NCBI GenBank assembly: GCA_910586195.1
Contig: CAJUHO010000003.1
Coordinates: 2,529-66,528, forward strand
Reading direction: 5' to 3'
From: an uncultured Bacilli bacterium
GTDB taxonomy: Bacteria > Bacillota_I > Bacilli_A > RF39 > UBA660
DNA length: 64,000 nucleotides
Under the pieces are notes generated by a model. That model was not told where the DNA came from and searched no databases. It saw nothing but the letters and a program-made list of their open reading frames with translations. Position 1 is the stretch's first letter. Every line of letters starts with the position of its first letter. Below, one piece after another: positions 20,842 to 30,514 of this stretch. A program made the translations under genes and the position numbers.

Positions 20842-22200
20842 TTAAGAATTCGCACTCCCTTCTCTATATTCCTTTTTTAAGTTTACAAATGTACTAGTAT
20901 TTTTCTTAAATAATAATTCAATTGTTGCCGTAGGACCATTACGATGTTTTCCAATAATTAATTCACTAATACTTGTATCATCTTCACGACGAGCTTCTTT
21001 GTTATAATAATCATCACGATATAAAAATGATACAATATCAGCATCTTGTTCTATAGAACCTGATTCACGTAAGTCACTCATTAATGGTCTTTTATCTTCG
21101 CGAGCTTCTACTTGTCTTGATAATTGTGCTAAAGCAATAACCGGTACATGTAATTCCATAGCTAGTGTTTTTAAGCTTCTTGAAATATCTGATACTTCTT
21201 GTTGTCGGTTACTACCATAGTTTCTACCTCCAGAAATCAATTGCAAATAATCGATAATTACAATACCTAAACCCTTTTCACTACTAGCAAGGCGTCTGCA
21301 TTTTGCTCGTATTTCTCCAATCGTAATTCCTGGGGTATCATCAATAAAAATGTTAGTATCCGTTAATTGACTAATTGCTTCATTTACTCTTTTCCAATCA
21401 TCGTTCATTAATTTCCCTGTTCTAAGTTTATATCCTTCTACTTGACCTAGCGATGATATAATTCTTAAAGCAAGCTGTTCTGCTCCCATTTCCAAATTAA
21501 ATAAAGCTACGGTCTTATCACTACTCATAGCAATATTCGTTGCCATATTTAAAGCAAATGCAGTTTTTCCCATAGCTGGTCTGGCTGCTATAATAATAAA
21601 TTCATTTTCATGAAGCCCTGCTGTTAATTTATCAAAGTCATACCATCCCGTTGCAAGTCCTGTAATTTCTCCCTTTGTTTCTGCTAATTTTTCTAAATCA
21701 TTTCTTGTTTTAATTAACACATCTTGAATAGTTCTAAATTCACTTGATTTCCTATTTTTTACAATATTCAATATTTTTTTCTCTGCAATATCTAATGTCT
21801 CATTTACACTTTCCTCTGTATTGTAACCTGTAGTAGCAATATCAGTTGCAGTTTCAATCAAGCGTCTAAGAATAGATGACTCTTCAACTTTTTTTATATA
21901 ATAATCTATATTAGCTGCAGTTGGAACAAAATTAATAATTTCTGTTAGGTATTCTACTCCACCTATTTCTTTTAATAGATTCTTATCCTTTAAATCCGTA
22001 GTAACTGTTGTTAAGTCAATAGGAATTTTCTCTTCTGATAAACTTAAAAGACTAGCAAATATTTTACTATTTGCATCATAGTAAAAAACATCAGGCATTA
22101 AGCTTTCACACGCTTTTTCTAAAGCATGTTTTGATAAAAAACAAGCTCCTAAAACAGACTTTTCTGCTTCAATATTATTAGGCATTGTTTTTACTGGCAT
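20842..22200 (-). CDS. dnaB: replicative DNA helicase (DnaB family; DnaC in Bacillus nomenclature)
   Basis: Walker A AARPAMGKTAF, RecA-like fold, N-terminal DnaB domain. Confidence 0.95.
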   Translation of the reverse strand: MPVKTMPNNIEAEKSVLGACFLSKHALEKACESLMPDVFYYDANSKIFASLLSLSEEKIPIDLTTVTTDLKDKNLLKEIGGVEYLTEIINFVPTAANIDYYIKKVEESSILRRLIETATDIATTGYNTEESVNETLDIAEKKILNIVKNRKSSEFRTIQDVLIKTRNDLEKLAETKGEITGLATGWYDFDKLTAGLHENEFIIIAARPAMGKTAFALNMATNIAMSSDKTVALFNLEMGAEQLALRIISSLGQVEGYKLRTGKLMNDDWKRVNEAISQLTDTNIFIDDTPGITIGEIRAKCRRLASSEKGLGIVIIDYLQLISGGRNYGSNRQQEVSDISRSLKTLAMELHVPVIALAQLSRQVEAREDKRPLMSDLRESGSIEQDADIVSFLYRDDYYNKEARREDDTSISELIIGKHRNGPTATIELLFKKNTSTFVNLKKEYREGSANS

Positions 22201-22210
22201 AATCTTTACC

Positions 22211-22651
22211 TCACTTTACTACATGTATTTTTATTTTTGCTTCAATTTGGGGATGAAGACTTATTTTAATATAATGAAATCCTAAACATGAAATTGGGGT
22301 ATCTATTATAATCATAGACTTTTCTATTTTATAACCTAGCTTCAATAGAGCTTCTTTTATTTGCTTTGAACTAATACTACCATAAACCTTATCCCCATCT
22401 CCTGTTCTAACTTTAAATTCTAAAGTTAATTTTTCTAAATTTTCTTTTATAGATAAGGCTTCCTTTTTCTTCTGTTCGTGCTTTTCTTCATCCTTTCTTT
22501 GTTCATATTTTAATTTATTTAAATTTTTGCTATTTGATGGAATGGCATATCCATTCTTAATCAGAAAATTCTCTGCATATCCATCTGCTACCTCTTTAAT
22601 ATCACCTTTTTTAGCTTTTTTCTTCAAATCTTTAATAAATATAACTTGCAT
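22211..22651 (-). CDS. rplI: 50S ribosomal protein L9
   Basis: [22 protein letters not shown]-domain; 146 aa. Confidence 0.92.
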   Translation of the reverse strand: MQVIFIKDLKKKAKKGDIKEVADGYAENFLIKNGYAIPSNSKNLNKLKYEQRKDEEKHEQKKKEALSIKENLEKLTLEFKVRTGDGDKVYGSISSKQIKEALLKLGYKIEKSMIIIDTPISCLGFHYIKISLHPQIEAKIKIHVVK

Positions 22652-22655
22652 TTTT

Positions 22656-23672
22656 TCACCTCTTTTTTACATCAATTGCATGCATCAATTTTTCTTCGGC
22701 CTTACTAATTGTCATTTTTTCTAATTTTGCGGCTCCGTTATATTCGTCTCCTCCTCCACCTATTTTTTCTAAAATAGGTAAAATATCAATATTCCCCATA
22801 GATCTTCCACTAATTCCGATTATATCTTCTCCAATTTTTCCAATTACAAATGAAACTTCTATATCGTTAAAAAATAATAAAGTATCAGCCATCTTTGCCA
22901 AATCTTCTCTTCTATAAACAGTATAGGGAGAGCCCTTTGTAATGGCAATATTATTATTTATTATTTTAATACCAGTAAGTAATTTTTGTCGCTCTGTATA
23001 ATCTTTTAAGTCTTGTTTTAATAAATATTGAACTTTTTTAACACTTGCCCCTAAACTTGTTAGATAATAGGCTGCATAAAATGTATCATTACTTGTTTTT
23101 AAAGTAAAATTGTTAGTATCTAAAACGATTCCTGCTAATACAACTGTACAATAATAAGGATCAAGATCCACTTTATAGGTCTCTATTAATTGGCATACCA
23201 TTTCACAGGTTGAAGAAGCATGATCATCTACTAACATTAAAGTAGCATCTTTGATTGAAGTCTTTCCTAATTCGTGATGGTCCATCACTATCTTATGGTT
23301 AAAATATTCTAATGCTTTCTTACTTTGTACTAAGTCTATTTTATTAGTATCTAAAATAAGCAGTAAATTTTTAGCATCAATTTTAGATAATTGCTCTGGA
23401 ATTTCTTTACTTTCAATAATATTAAGACAACCATCCAATTCTCTTAAAACTTTTGCAACACCTGGTTCATTTTCTTTATCATCTATAATTATATAACAAT
23501 TTTTTTTGATTTTCTTTAAAATCATATACATACCAATAGAACTTCCAATGGCATCTAAATCTAGATTACTATGAGCCATAATGAAAATATTTTTAGCTTT
23601 CTTTATTTCTTTTATAAATTCCTTTTTTTTCTCAATTATAATCATGTTTTTTCTCCTCATAGATAAATCCAT
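22656..23672 (-). CDS. stand-alone DHH/DHHA1 phosphoesterase (GdpP/NrnA-like) with atypical motifs
   Basis: [13 protein letters not shown] motif I; DHH motif reads DDHA and the DHHA1 GGGH reads GGGGDE; occupies the yybT position upstream of rplI; true start may be the internal MIIIEKK. Confidence 0.75.
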   Translation of the reverse strand: MDLSMRRKNMIIIEKKKEFIKEIKKAKNIFIMAHSNLDLDAIGSSIGMYMILKKIKKNCYIIIDDKENEPGVAKVLRELDGCLNIIESKEIPEQLSKIDAKNLLLILDTNKIDLVQSKKALEYFNHKIVMDHHELGKTSIKDATLMLVDDHASSTCEMVCQLIETYKVDLDPYYCTVVLAGIVLDTNNFTLKTSNDTFYAAYYLTSLGASVKKVQYLLKQDLKDYTERQKLLTGIKIINNNIAITKGSPYTVYRREDLAKMADTLLFFNDIEVSFVIGKIGEDIIGISGRSMGNIDILPILEKIGGGGDEYNGAAKLEKMTISKAEEKLMHAIDVKKR

Positions 23673-23740
23673 ATTTATTATATAATAAATTCAATACTTT
23701 GTCTAATTATTCAAATAAAAAAACAGGCCTTATAAACCTG

Positions 23741-23956
23741 TTATTTTGTATATGGCATTAAAGCAATTGCACGTGCTTTCTTAATTTCTCGAGCAATAAC
23801 ACGTTGATGGTGTGCACAATTTCCAGTAATACGACGAGAAACTATTTTTCCCTTTTCGTTTATATATCGTTTTAATGTTTCTGGTTCTTTATAATTTACT
23901 GTTTTTCCAGTACACATCATACATACTTTCTTCTTTTTACGGTAAAATTCTGCCAT
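23741..23956 (-). CDS. rpsR: 30S ribosomal protein S18
   Basis: Conserved ...RRITGNCAHHQR...ARAIALMPY. Confidence 0.93.
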   Translation of the reverse strand: MAEFYRKKKKVCMMCTGKTVNYKEPETLKRYINEKGKIVSRRITGNCAHHQRVIAREIKKARAIALMPYTK

Positions 23957-23970
23957 GTAATAACCTCCTT

Positions 23971-24444
23971 CTAGAATGGTAATTCGTCATCGCTAATTTC
24001 AATACTTGAGCCAAAATCTGCAAATGGATTATTATCAACATCTGTTTTTGGTGGTTCACTCTGGGCTGAAAAATCATATGGTGTAGGATCTTTTGCAATT
24101 GAATTTGATGAACTATTATTTCCACTATTTTTACTTCCTAAAAATTCTACATTATCTGCTATAACTTCTGTAACATAACGTTTTTGTCCATCTTCGGTTT
24201 CATAATTACGGACTTGAATACGACCATCAATTGCTACTTGACTTCCTTGAGTTAAATAATTTTTAACATTTTCTGCTTGCTTTCTCCAAACTACAATATT
24301 AATAAAGTCAGCTTCACGTTCTCCTGATTGATTTGTAAAATTTCTATTTACAGCAATAGAAAATGATGCTACTGCTGTATTATTACCTGTATATCTTAAC
24401 TCAGGATCTCTTGTTAAACGACCAATTAAAAACACTTTATTCAT
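23971..24444 (-). CDS. ssb: single-stranded DNA-binding protein
   Basis: OB-fold N-terminus MNKVFLIGRLTRDPELRYT and acidic C-terminal tip DDELPF. Confidence 0.95.
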   Translation of the reverse strand: MNKVFLIGRLTRDPELRYTGNNTAVASFSIAVNRNFTNQSGEREADFINIVVWRKQAENVKNYLTQGSQVAIDGRIQVRNYETEDGQKRYVTEVIADNVEFLGSKNSGNNSSSNSIAKDPTPYDFSAQSEPPKTDVDNNPFADFGSSIEISDDELPF

Positions 24445-24461
24445 ATTAAATCCTCACAATT

Positions 24462-24749
24462 CTACTCTTCTACTTTTACAATCAAATGACGAAGTATATT
24501 TTCATTAATTTTAGCAATACGATCAAATTCACTTACTGCAGTTGCATTAGCTTCTACTACAAATAAGAAATAGTATCCTGCTTTAAACTTCTTAATCTCA
24601 TAAGCAAGTTCTCTTTGTCCCATTGCTTTTTCTTCTAGAAGTTTTGCTTTGTTATCCGTTAAAACCTTCTTTAGCTCTTCCGCAACTTTAGTAATTTGCG
24701 TTTCCTCCATATCTGGTTTTACAATAAACATTACTTCATATTTATTCAT
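24462..24749 (-). CDS. rpsF: 30S ribosomal protein S6
   Basis: MNKYEVMFIV...; rpsF-ssb-rpsR operon order. Confidence 0.93.
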   Translation of the reverse strand: MNKYEVMFIVKPDMEETQITKVAEELKKVLTDNKAKLLEEKAMGQRELAYEIKKFKAGYYFLFVVEANATAVSEFDRIAKINENILRHLIVKVEE

Positions 24750-24893
24750 CTTCTACACCTCCTTTTGGACTAACGGCTACAATTTGTAGCAAGGAGCAGT
24801 TTGTTGCTCGTATGTATTATAACAAAAGGTTATGCCTTTGTAAATAAAAAGAGTACTATTTGTGCAATTATCTTAATGATACCTCCTAATAAG
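24750..24893 (-). promoter_or_regulatory. rpsF 5' leader/promoter region, possible S6:S18 autoregulatory leader
   Basis: 144-nt leader with GC-richer segments (GGACUAACGGCUACAAUUUGUAGCAAGGAGCAG) that can pair; inferred from the known S6:S18 leader in Firmicutes. Confidence 0.3.
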
Positions 24894-25988
24894 TTATACA
24901 TTAAATCTAAAATGACAAATATCACCGTCTTGCATCAAATAATCTTTTCCTTCTAATCTAGCTTTTCCAGCCTCTTTTACTTTTAATTCACTGCCATAAG
25001 TAATTAAATCAACATAGGAAATAACCTCTGCCCTAATAAATCCTTTTTCAAAATCTGTATGAATAATTCCTGCACAACGTTTTGCATTCATTCCCATTGG
25101 AAAAGTCCAAGCACGTACTTCATCTTCACCCACTGTAAAATAAGTTGCAAGCCCTAATAAATCATAGGTTGCTTTAATTAACTTATCTAATCCACTAGAT
25201 TTTTCTCCCAAAGCCTCCAACATTTCTTTTCTATCATCTAAACTAAGCTCACTTAACTCTTCTTCTACCTTTGCACATAGTGATATAACTTTAGCATCAC
25301 TTGCATATTCTTTTACCTTTTTAACATAAATATTATCTTCTTTTCCTAATTCTTCTTCAGCAATATTTGCTAAATAGATAATGGGTTTAATTGTTAAAAA
25401 ACTAAATGGCTTCAATATTTTTCTTTCTTCTTCTGTAAAAGACACTTGACGAAGTGGAACATTTTCTTTTAATGCCTGTTCTGCCTTTGTTAATGTTTCT
25501 AACTCCAAAATATCATCTTTATTTTTGCTTGTTCTTGCTTTTTTTCCAACTTTTTCAAGACGAGTTGTAATTACATCTAAATCAGCAATAACGAGTTCTA
25601 AGTTAATTGTTTCGATATCTCGAATAGGATCAACTTCTCCATCCACATGAATAATTTTTCCATTATCAAAACACCTTACAACTTCTACTATAGCATCTAC
25701 CTCGCGTATATGGGATAAAAATTTATTACCTAATCCTTCTCCCTTACTTGCTCCTTTTACTAAACCAGCAATATCTGTAAATTCGTAGGATGTGGGTATG
25801 TTCTTTTTAGGATGATACATTTCTACCAACCTATCCTGTCTTTCATCTGGTACTATTACTACTCCCACATTAGGATCAATTGTTGCAAATGGATAATTTT
25901 CTGCTAAAATATGCTTATTTGTAATAGCATTAAATAAGGTTGACTTACCAACATTTGGAAGGCCTACAATTCCTGCAGTTAAACTCAT
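24894..25988 (-). CDS. ychF: ribosome-binding ATPase YchF
   Basis: [17 protein letters not shown]1 motif and C-terminal TGS domain; start at MSLTAG. Confidence 0.92.
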   Translation of the reverse strand: MSLTAGIVGLPNVGKSTLFNAITNKHILAENYPFATIDPNVGVVIVPDERQDRLVEMYHPKKNIPTSYEFTDIAGLVKGASKGEGLGNKFLSHIREVDAIVEVVRCFDNGKIIHVDGEVDPIRDIETINLELVIADLDVITTRLEKVGKKARTSKNKDDILELETLTKAEQALKENVPLRQVSFTEEERKILKPFSFLTIKPIIYLANIAEEELGKEDNIYVKKVKEYASDAKVISLCAKVEEELSELSLDDRKEMLEALGEKSSGLDKLIKATYDLLGLATYFTVGEDEVRAWTFPMGMNAKRCAGIIHTDFEKGFIRAEVISYVDLITYGSELKVKEAGKARLEGKDYLMQDGDICHFRFNV

Positions 25989-26084
25989 AAGACTCCTCTT
26001 TTCTCTTTCATTTATCATTTGTATTATATAGCAAGATTGGCTATTTCACAAGAAATTTTATCTCAATCACTACTTTTTTCAGAA

Positions 26085-26130
26085 ATTTTTCTAATATAAA
26101 AACTAGAAAATTTTTATAAAAACTTTCTAG
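26085..26130. terminator. bidirectional hairpin AAAACTAGAAA...TTTCTAGTTTT
   Basis: 11-bp perfect inverted repeat flanked by A/T runs between ychF upstream and the AbgT gene end. Confidence 0.5.
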
Positions 26131-26132
26131 TT

Positions 26133-27728
26133 TTAAATTGTTGGATAAACTCCTGGACCTATTGGCAAGCCAATAATATACCAACCAACCAAAAGCAAAA
26201 TCCATGTAGCATTAATAATTAAAAAATATGGCATAATATATTTAATAGATTGTCTAATTCCAATTGGCTTAGATTTATCTAAATTATAAATATTTAAGTA
26301 TCCAATGTATAATGCAAAACAAGCAAGTAAAGGAGTTACTCCATTTGTCATAGAATCTCCTGCTCGTAATATAAACTGTGCAAACTGAGGAGAGACATTA
26401 GATTGCATTAAAGTTGGTACTACAACAGGAGCAAAGATTGTCCATTTGGTAACTGTTGTAGTTAAAAATAAATTGGCAATAGCAATTAGAAATACAACTA
26501 AAAGAATCAGTGGTAATCCATTAAAATCCAAATAATTGAGAACATTAGCAAGCCATGCAGTAATAATGGTTCCAATATTTGTTTTTTTAAATACTGCAAT
26601 AAACTGAGATGCTACAAAAATTAATATGATGATACTACCAACTTTATTAAAACTAACTGTTGCCTTTTCAATAACTTCTTTATCATTTTTTATAGTCTTT
26701 GCTCCTATTCCATAGGCAAGTCCCATAAATAAGAAGAATAAGCATATCATATAAGTAAAACCATCTTGAAAATAGGAATTATCTCCAAATAGTTGATTCA
26801 AATATGTTTTTTCCTTCATGTCAAGAAGTAATCCAGAATATGGTAAATCTGGTACTATCATATAAATAAATAAAAAGATTACAATAATTCCCACAAATAC
26901 TGCTAAACGAAGGCCCTTTTTTTCTCTTTTTTCCTCTGCTATTTTTTGCTGTTCAACTTCTTGAACATCAATTAGGCTTAGCTCCTCTGTTTTTTGGACC
27001 TCTTCTTTTTCGCGATACCTTCCTAACTTTGGAGCAATAAACTTCTCTACAGTAACCATTCCGACTAAAGAAAGAATAATACTGCTGGCAATAATAATAA
27101 ATAAATTAGAAGTTAAAGCAATATGTGCATTAGTATCGATTAAGTGTGAAGCACTAGTAGTATAAGGAATGAGCCATGTTTCTATTGAACCTACAAAGAT
27201 AGAGACACCATATCCAAACGATACACCACAAAATGCAGTAATAATTCCTAATAGAGGATTCCGATTATTTTGTAAATATATTACAGCTACTAATGGAATT
27301 AAAATAGCATAACCAATTTCATTAATTAGAGTAGAAATAGTTCCTAAAAAAATCACAATAAATGACAATTGATATTTATTTAATTTTGAAACCCATCTTC
27401 TAGAAAAAGCTTCAATAAAGCCAGTTGCTTCCGCAATGCTGATTCCAATTAATGAAATTAAAAGCATTACTAATGGGGCAAAACTAATAAAGTTTTTCGC
27501 TGCATTACTAATAATGAATTTCATCCCTTCAAAATTCAGTAAATTTTCTACGACTACTAAGGTTGGCTCTAAATCCATAGTAGTTGCATTTACAGTATTA
27601 TATGTTGCCTGCATTTGAAAAAAGGACAAAATACTGCTTAATATCATTACTATAAACATTAATACTATGAACATCAAAATAGGATGAAAATAGAATTTCT
27701 TTAATTTTAATTTTCTTCGATCTCGCAT
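26133..27728 (-). CDS. AbgT-family transporter (aminobenzoyl-glutamate/antimetabolite transporter family)
   Basis: 531 aa, about 12 TM, conserved RAGDSMTNGVTPL motif of the AbgT/MtrF family. Confidence 0.65.
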   Translation of the reverse strand: MRDRRKLKLKKFYFHPILMFIVLMFIVMILSSILSFFQMQATYNTVNATTMDLEPTLVVVENLLNFEGMKFIISNAAKNFISFAPLVMLLISLIGISIAEATGFIEAFSRRWVSKLNKYQLSFIVIFLGTISTLINEIGYAILIPLVAVIYLQNNRNPLLGIITAFCGVSFGYGVSIFVGSIETWLIPYTTSASHLIDTNAHIALTSNLFIIIASSIILSLVGMVTVEKFIAPKLGRYREKEEVQKTEELSLIDVQEVEQQKIAEEKREKKGLRLAVFVGIIVIFLFIYMIVPDLPYSGLLLDMKEKTYLNQLFGDNSYFQDGFTYMICLFFLFMGLAYGIGAKTIKNDKEVIEKATVSFNKVGSIIILIFVASQFIAVFKKTNIGTIITAWLANVLNYLDFNGLPLILLVVFLIAIANLFLTTTVTKWTIFAPVVVPTLMQSNVSPQFAQFILRAGDSMTNGVTPLLACFALYIGYLNIYNLDKSKPIGIRQSIKYIMPYFLIINATWILLLVGWYIIGLPIGPGVYPTI

Positions 27729-27732
27729 GATA

Positions 27733-27930
27733 TCATCCTTCCTCTGAAATGACTTTTTTTAATTTTTTATTAAATTCAATTCTTGGAATCAATACTGCCC
27801 TTTGACAATTAATACATTTAATTTTTATATCAGCACCTACTCTTGTAATTTCCCAACAATTGCTACCACAAGGGTGAGATTTTTTCATCATAACTCTAGT
27901 TCCTATATTATATTCTCTATTTTCCATCAT
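27733..27930 (-). CDS. DUF951 (YyzM-like) zinc-ribbon protein
   Basis: 65 aa with HPCGS...C...CINC four-Cys pattern; found near ychF in Bacillus. Confidence 0.6.
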   Translation of the reverse strand: MMENREYNIGTRVMMKKSHPCGSNCWEITRVGADIKIKCINCQRAVLIPRIEFNKKLKKVISEEG

Positions 27931-28732
27931 TTACCTCAAATTTTTGCTTAGGCATTTTAATATGATTTTTTTCAAAAGCATTTCTAATTTCTTTTAACAA
28001 ATATCTTTGAATTGAATATTGTTCTGTAGCAGCAACCGCTAACGTAATCTTATATATCATTGCTTGATCTGTTATCATTTCAATTCCTAAAATTTCAATA
28101 TTTCCTTTTGCTTTCGGAATCGTTCCATTTAATTTTTCAAATAAAGTAGTTAATACTTTCTCTACTTTTTCTGGTTTTTCTTCTCTACTAACTGGAACTT
28201 CTACTACTGCTAGAGAATTATGAAGATTATAATTAATAACACTTGTAATATTATGATTATTAATAATCATAGTAGCACCTTTATAGTTCCTAATTCTGGT
28301 ACTACGTAGTCCGATAAAAATTACTTCTCCCATAAAACCATTTATTTCTACAGTATCACCTATTTCATATTGATCCTCTGCAATAATTGTAATTCCTGCT
28401 AAAAAATCTTTAGCCATATCTTGAAAAGCAAGTCCGATAATAGCTGCAGAAATACCAAGTCCAGCAACTAAAGCTTTAATATTCAAATTAAAATTTGACA
28501 TAATTCCTAAGATAACTATTATTACTATTGCATATTTTAAAACATTGATAATTAATGTAGAAATTGTTTGTGCTCTTTTCTGATGATGTCTTTTCTTTAA
28601 TGTTTTCTTTATTAAAACATTCGTAATAATTCTCTTTAAAACTTCGTATATTAAAACACCTATTATTATATATATAATTGGAGAAAGATATTTCTGTAAA
28701 TCTTCAAAAAAAACAGTTCCAAAGATTTCCAT
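27917..28732 (-). CDS. small-conductance mechanosensitive channel MscS family
   Basis: Three TM segments then the MscS beta-domain (LAGITIIAEDQYEIGDTVEINGFMGEV). Confidence 0.85.
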   Translation of the reverse strand: MEIFGTVFFEDLQKYLSPIIYIIIGVLIYEVLKRIITNVLIKKTLKKRHHQKRAQTISTLIINVLKYAIVIIVILGIMSNFNLNIKALVAGLGISAAIIGLAFQDMAKDFLAGITIIAEDQYEIGDTVEINGFMGEVIFIGLRSTRIRNYKGATMIINNHNITSVINYNLHNSLAVVEVPVSREEKPEKVEKVLTTLFEKLNGTIPKAKGNIEILGIEMITDQAMIYKITLAVAATEQYSIQRYLLKEIRNAFEKNHIKMPKQKFEVNDGK

Positions 28733-28748
28733 ATTTCCACTCCTTTCT

Positions 28749-29642
28749 TTAATTTAATTTCATAATTTCTAATAGTCTGTTTAAATCGTTATCATTTGCA
28801 AAAGAAATTTCCAATTTTCTACCTTTGATTCTAATCTTAGTTCCCAATTTCTCTCCTATTGATTCCTGTAATTGTACGTAATGTTCATTCATTGGTTCCT
28901 TTTGTCTGTGAATTTTATTTTTCCGCTCAAATGTATCAGTAGAAGATGTTAAATCTTCTAATTCTCGAACACTTAAGTGTTCTTTTGTTACCTTATCAGC
29001 AAGATCAGAAATTTTTTCAGCATCTTCTAATTTACTTAATACTCTGGCATGGCCCATCGAAATATTATTTTCGACTACCATATTTTTGACAGATTCTGGT
29101 AAATTTAGAAGTCCTAACATATTCGTAATATGACTTCTACTCTTTCCTAAACGTTTTGCTAAAGCATCTTGTGTTAAACTTAGATTTTCTAGCAATTTTT
29201 TATAGGCAATAGCCTCTTCTAAGGCACTTAAATTTTCACGCTGAAGATTTTCTAATAAGGCAATTTCCATCATTTCACTATCTGTAAAATCACGAACAAT
29301 TGCAGGAATCTCTTCAAGACCTGCTAAAAGCGAGGCCTTTACTCTACGCTCCCCTGCAATAATTTCATAACCTTTGATACTTTTTTTTACAATAATTGGC
29401 TGAAATACACCATGTTCTTTAATGGAAGCTGCTAATTCATTTAATGTCTCTTCATTAAAGTTTTTTCGAGGTTGATATGGATTACTACGTAATTCTTTCA
29501 ACGGAACTTTAACTATTTCTTCTTTTGGAGTCGTCGTAACTATTTTTTCTTCCATTTTTTCATAATCGATTGGTTCATTATTAAAAAGTTCTTCTAGTCC
29601 TCTCCCTAATGCTCTTCTTTTAGGTGTTTCCATTGCGTTCAA
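28749..29642 (-). CDS. spo0J: chromosome partitioning protein ParB/Spo0J
   Basis: ParB box GERRVKAS and HTH TQDALAKRLGKSRSHITN; downstream of soj. Confidence 0.92.
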   Translation of the reverse strand: MNAMETPKRRALGRGLEELFNNEPIDYEKMEEKIVTTTPKEEIVKVPLKELRSNPYQPRKNFNEETLNELAASIKEHGVFQPIIVKKSIKGYEIIAGERRVKASLLAGLEEIPAIVRDFTDSEMMEIALLENLQRENLSALEEAIAYKKLLENLSLTQDALAKRLGKSRSHITNMLGLLNLPESVKNMVVENNISMGHARVLSKLEDAEKISDLADKVTKEHLSVRELEDLTSSTDTFERKNKIHRQKEPMNEHYVQLQESIGEKLGTKIRIKGRKLEISFANDNDLNRLLEIMKLN

Positions 29643-30408
29643 TCACTTCCTTTGCTAAATTTAAATAAGCTGCTGATCCTCTACTTTTTGGATCATATGC
29701 AATAATAGGTTCTCCATGCGATGGTGCCTCTGTTAAACGAATTAGTCTAGGTATAATTGTATTATAAACACGTTCTTTAAAAAATTTACGAATATCATCT
29801 ACTACTTCAAATCCTAAATTTGTTCTAGAATCTAACATTGTTAACAATACTCCTTCAATATCTAAATCTGGATTTAATGTTTTTTGAGCGAGCATAATAG
29901 TATTTAATAATTGCATAATTCCCTCTAATGCAAAGAATTCACACTGAACAGGAATAATTACTGAATTAGATGCTGTTAATGCATTTGTTGTGATAAGTCC
30001 TAATGATGGTGGACAATCGATAATAATATAATCAAAATTTTCTCTTACTTCATCAATATATTTTTTTAGTTGTGCTCCTTTTGCAAAACCTGGTTCATGT
30101 TGACTTTTTTCTAATAATTCAATATCAAGACCTGCTAAATTAATTGTTGCTGGCATTACATATAAATTCTTATACTTTGTTTTTACCATTGCTTCATCCA
30201 AACTACACTTTTCAGTTAAGACATCATAAATTGATTTATCGATATCTCCTTTATTAATACCAACTCCTGTTGTAGTATTTCCCTGTGGATCTAAATCAAT
30301 CAATAAAACTTTTTTCCCTAATACGGCAAGGGATGCAGAAAGGTTAATACTTGTCGTTGTTTTTCCTACTCCACCCTTTTGATTAACTAATGAAATAACC
30401 TTTCCCAT
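29620..30408 (-). CDS. soj: chromosome partitioning ATPase ParA/Soj
   Basis: Deviant Walker A KGGVGKTT; start placed at MGKVISL after an AAAAGGTGA RBS. Confidence 0.93.
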   Translation of the reverse strand: MGKVISLVNQKGGVGKTTTSINLSASLAVLGKKVLLIDLDPQGNTTTGVGINKGDIDKSIYDVLTEKCSLDEAMVKTKYKNLYVMPATINLAGLDIELLEKSQHEPGFAKGAQLKKYIDEVRENFDYIIIDCPPSLGLITTNALTASNSVIIPVQCEFFALEGIMQLLNTIMLAQKTLNPDLDIEGVLLTMLDSRTNLGFEVVDDIRKFFKERVYNTIIPRLIRLTEAPSHGEPIIAYDPKSRGSAAYLNLAKEVIERNGNT

Positions 30409-30514
30409 TCTATCACCTTTTCTTTTGTCTGTATAATTACTAATATATTGTATCAAAAGATACCAATTTTTAAAATGCTTTTGTCGAAAAAAAGTAGATT
30501 TCTCTACTTTCATA

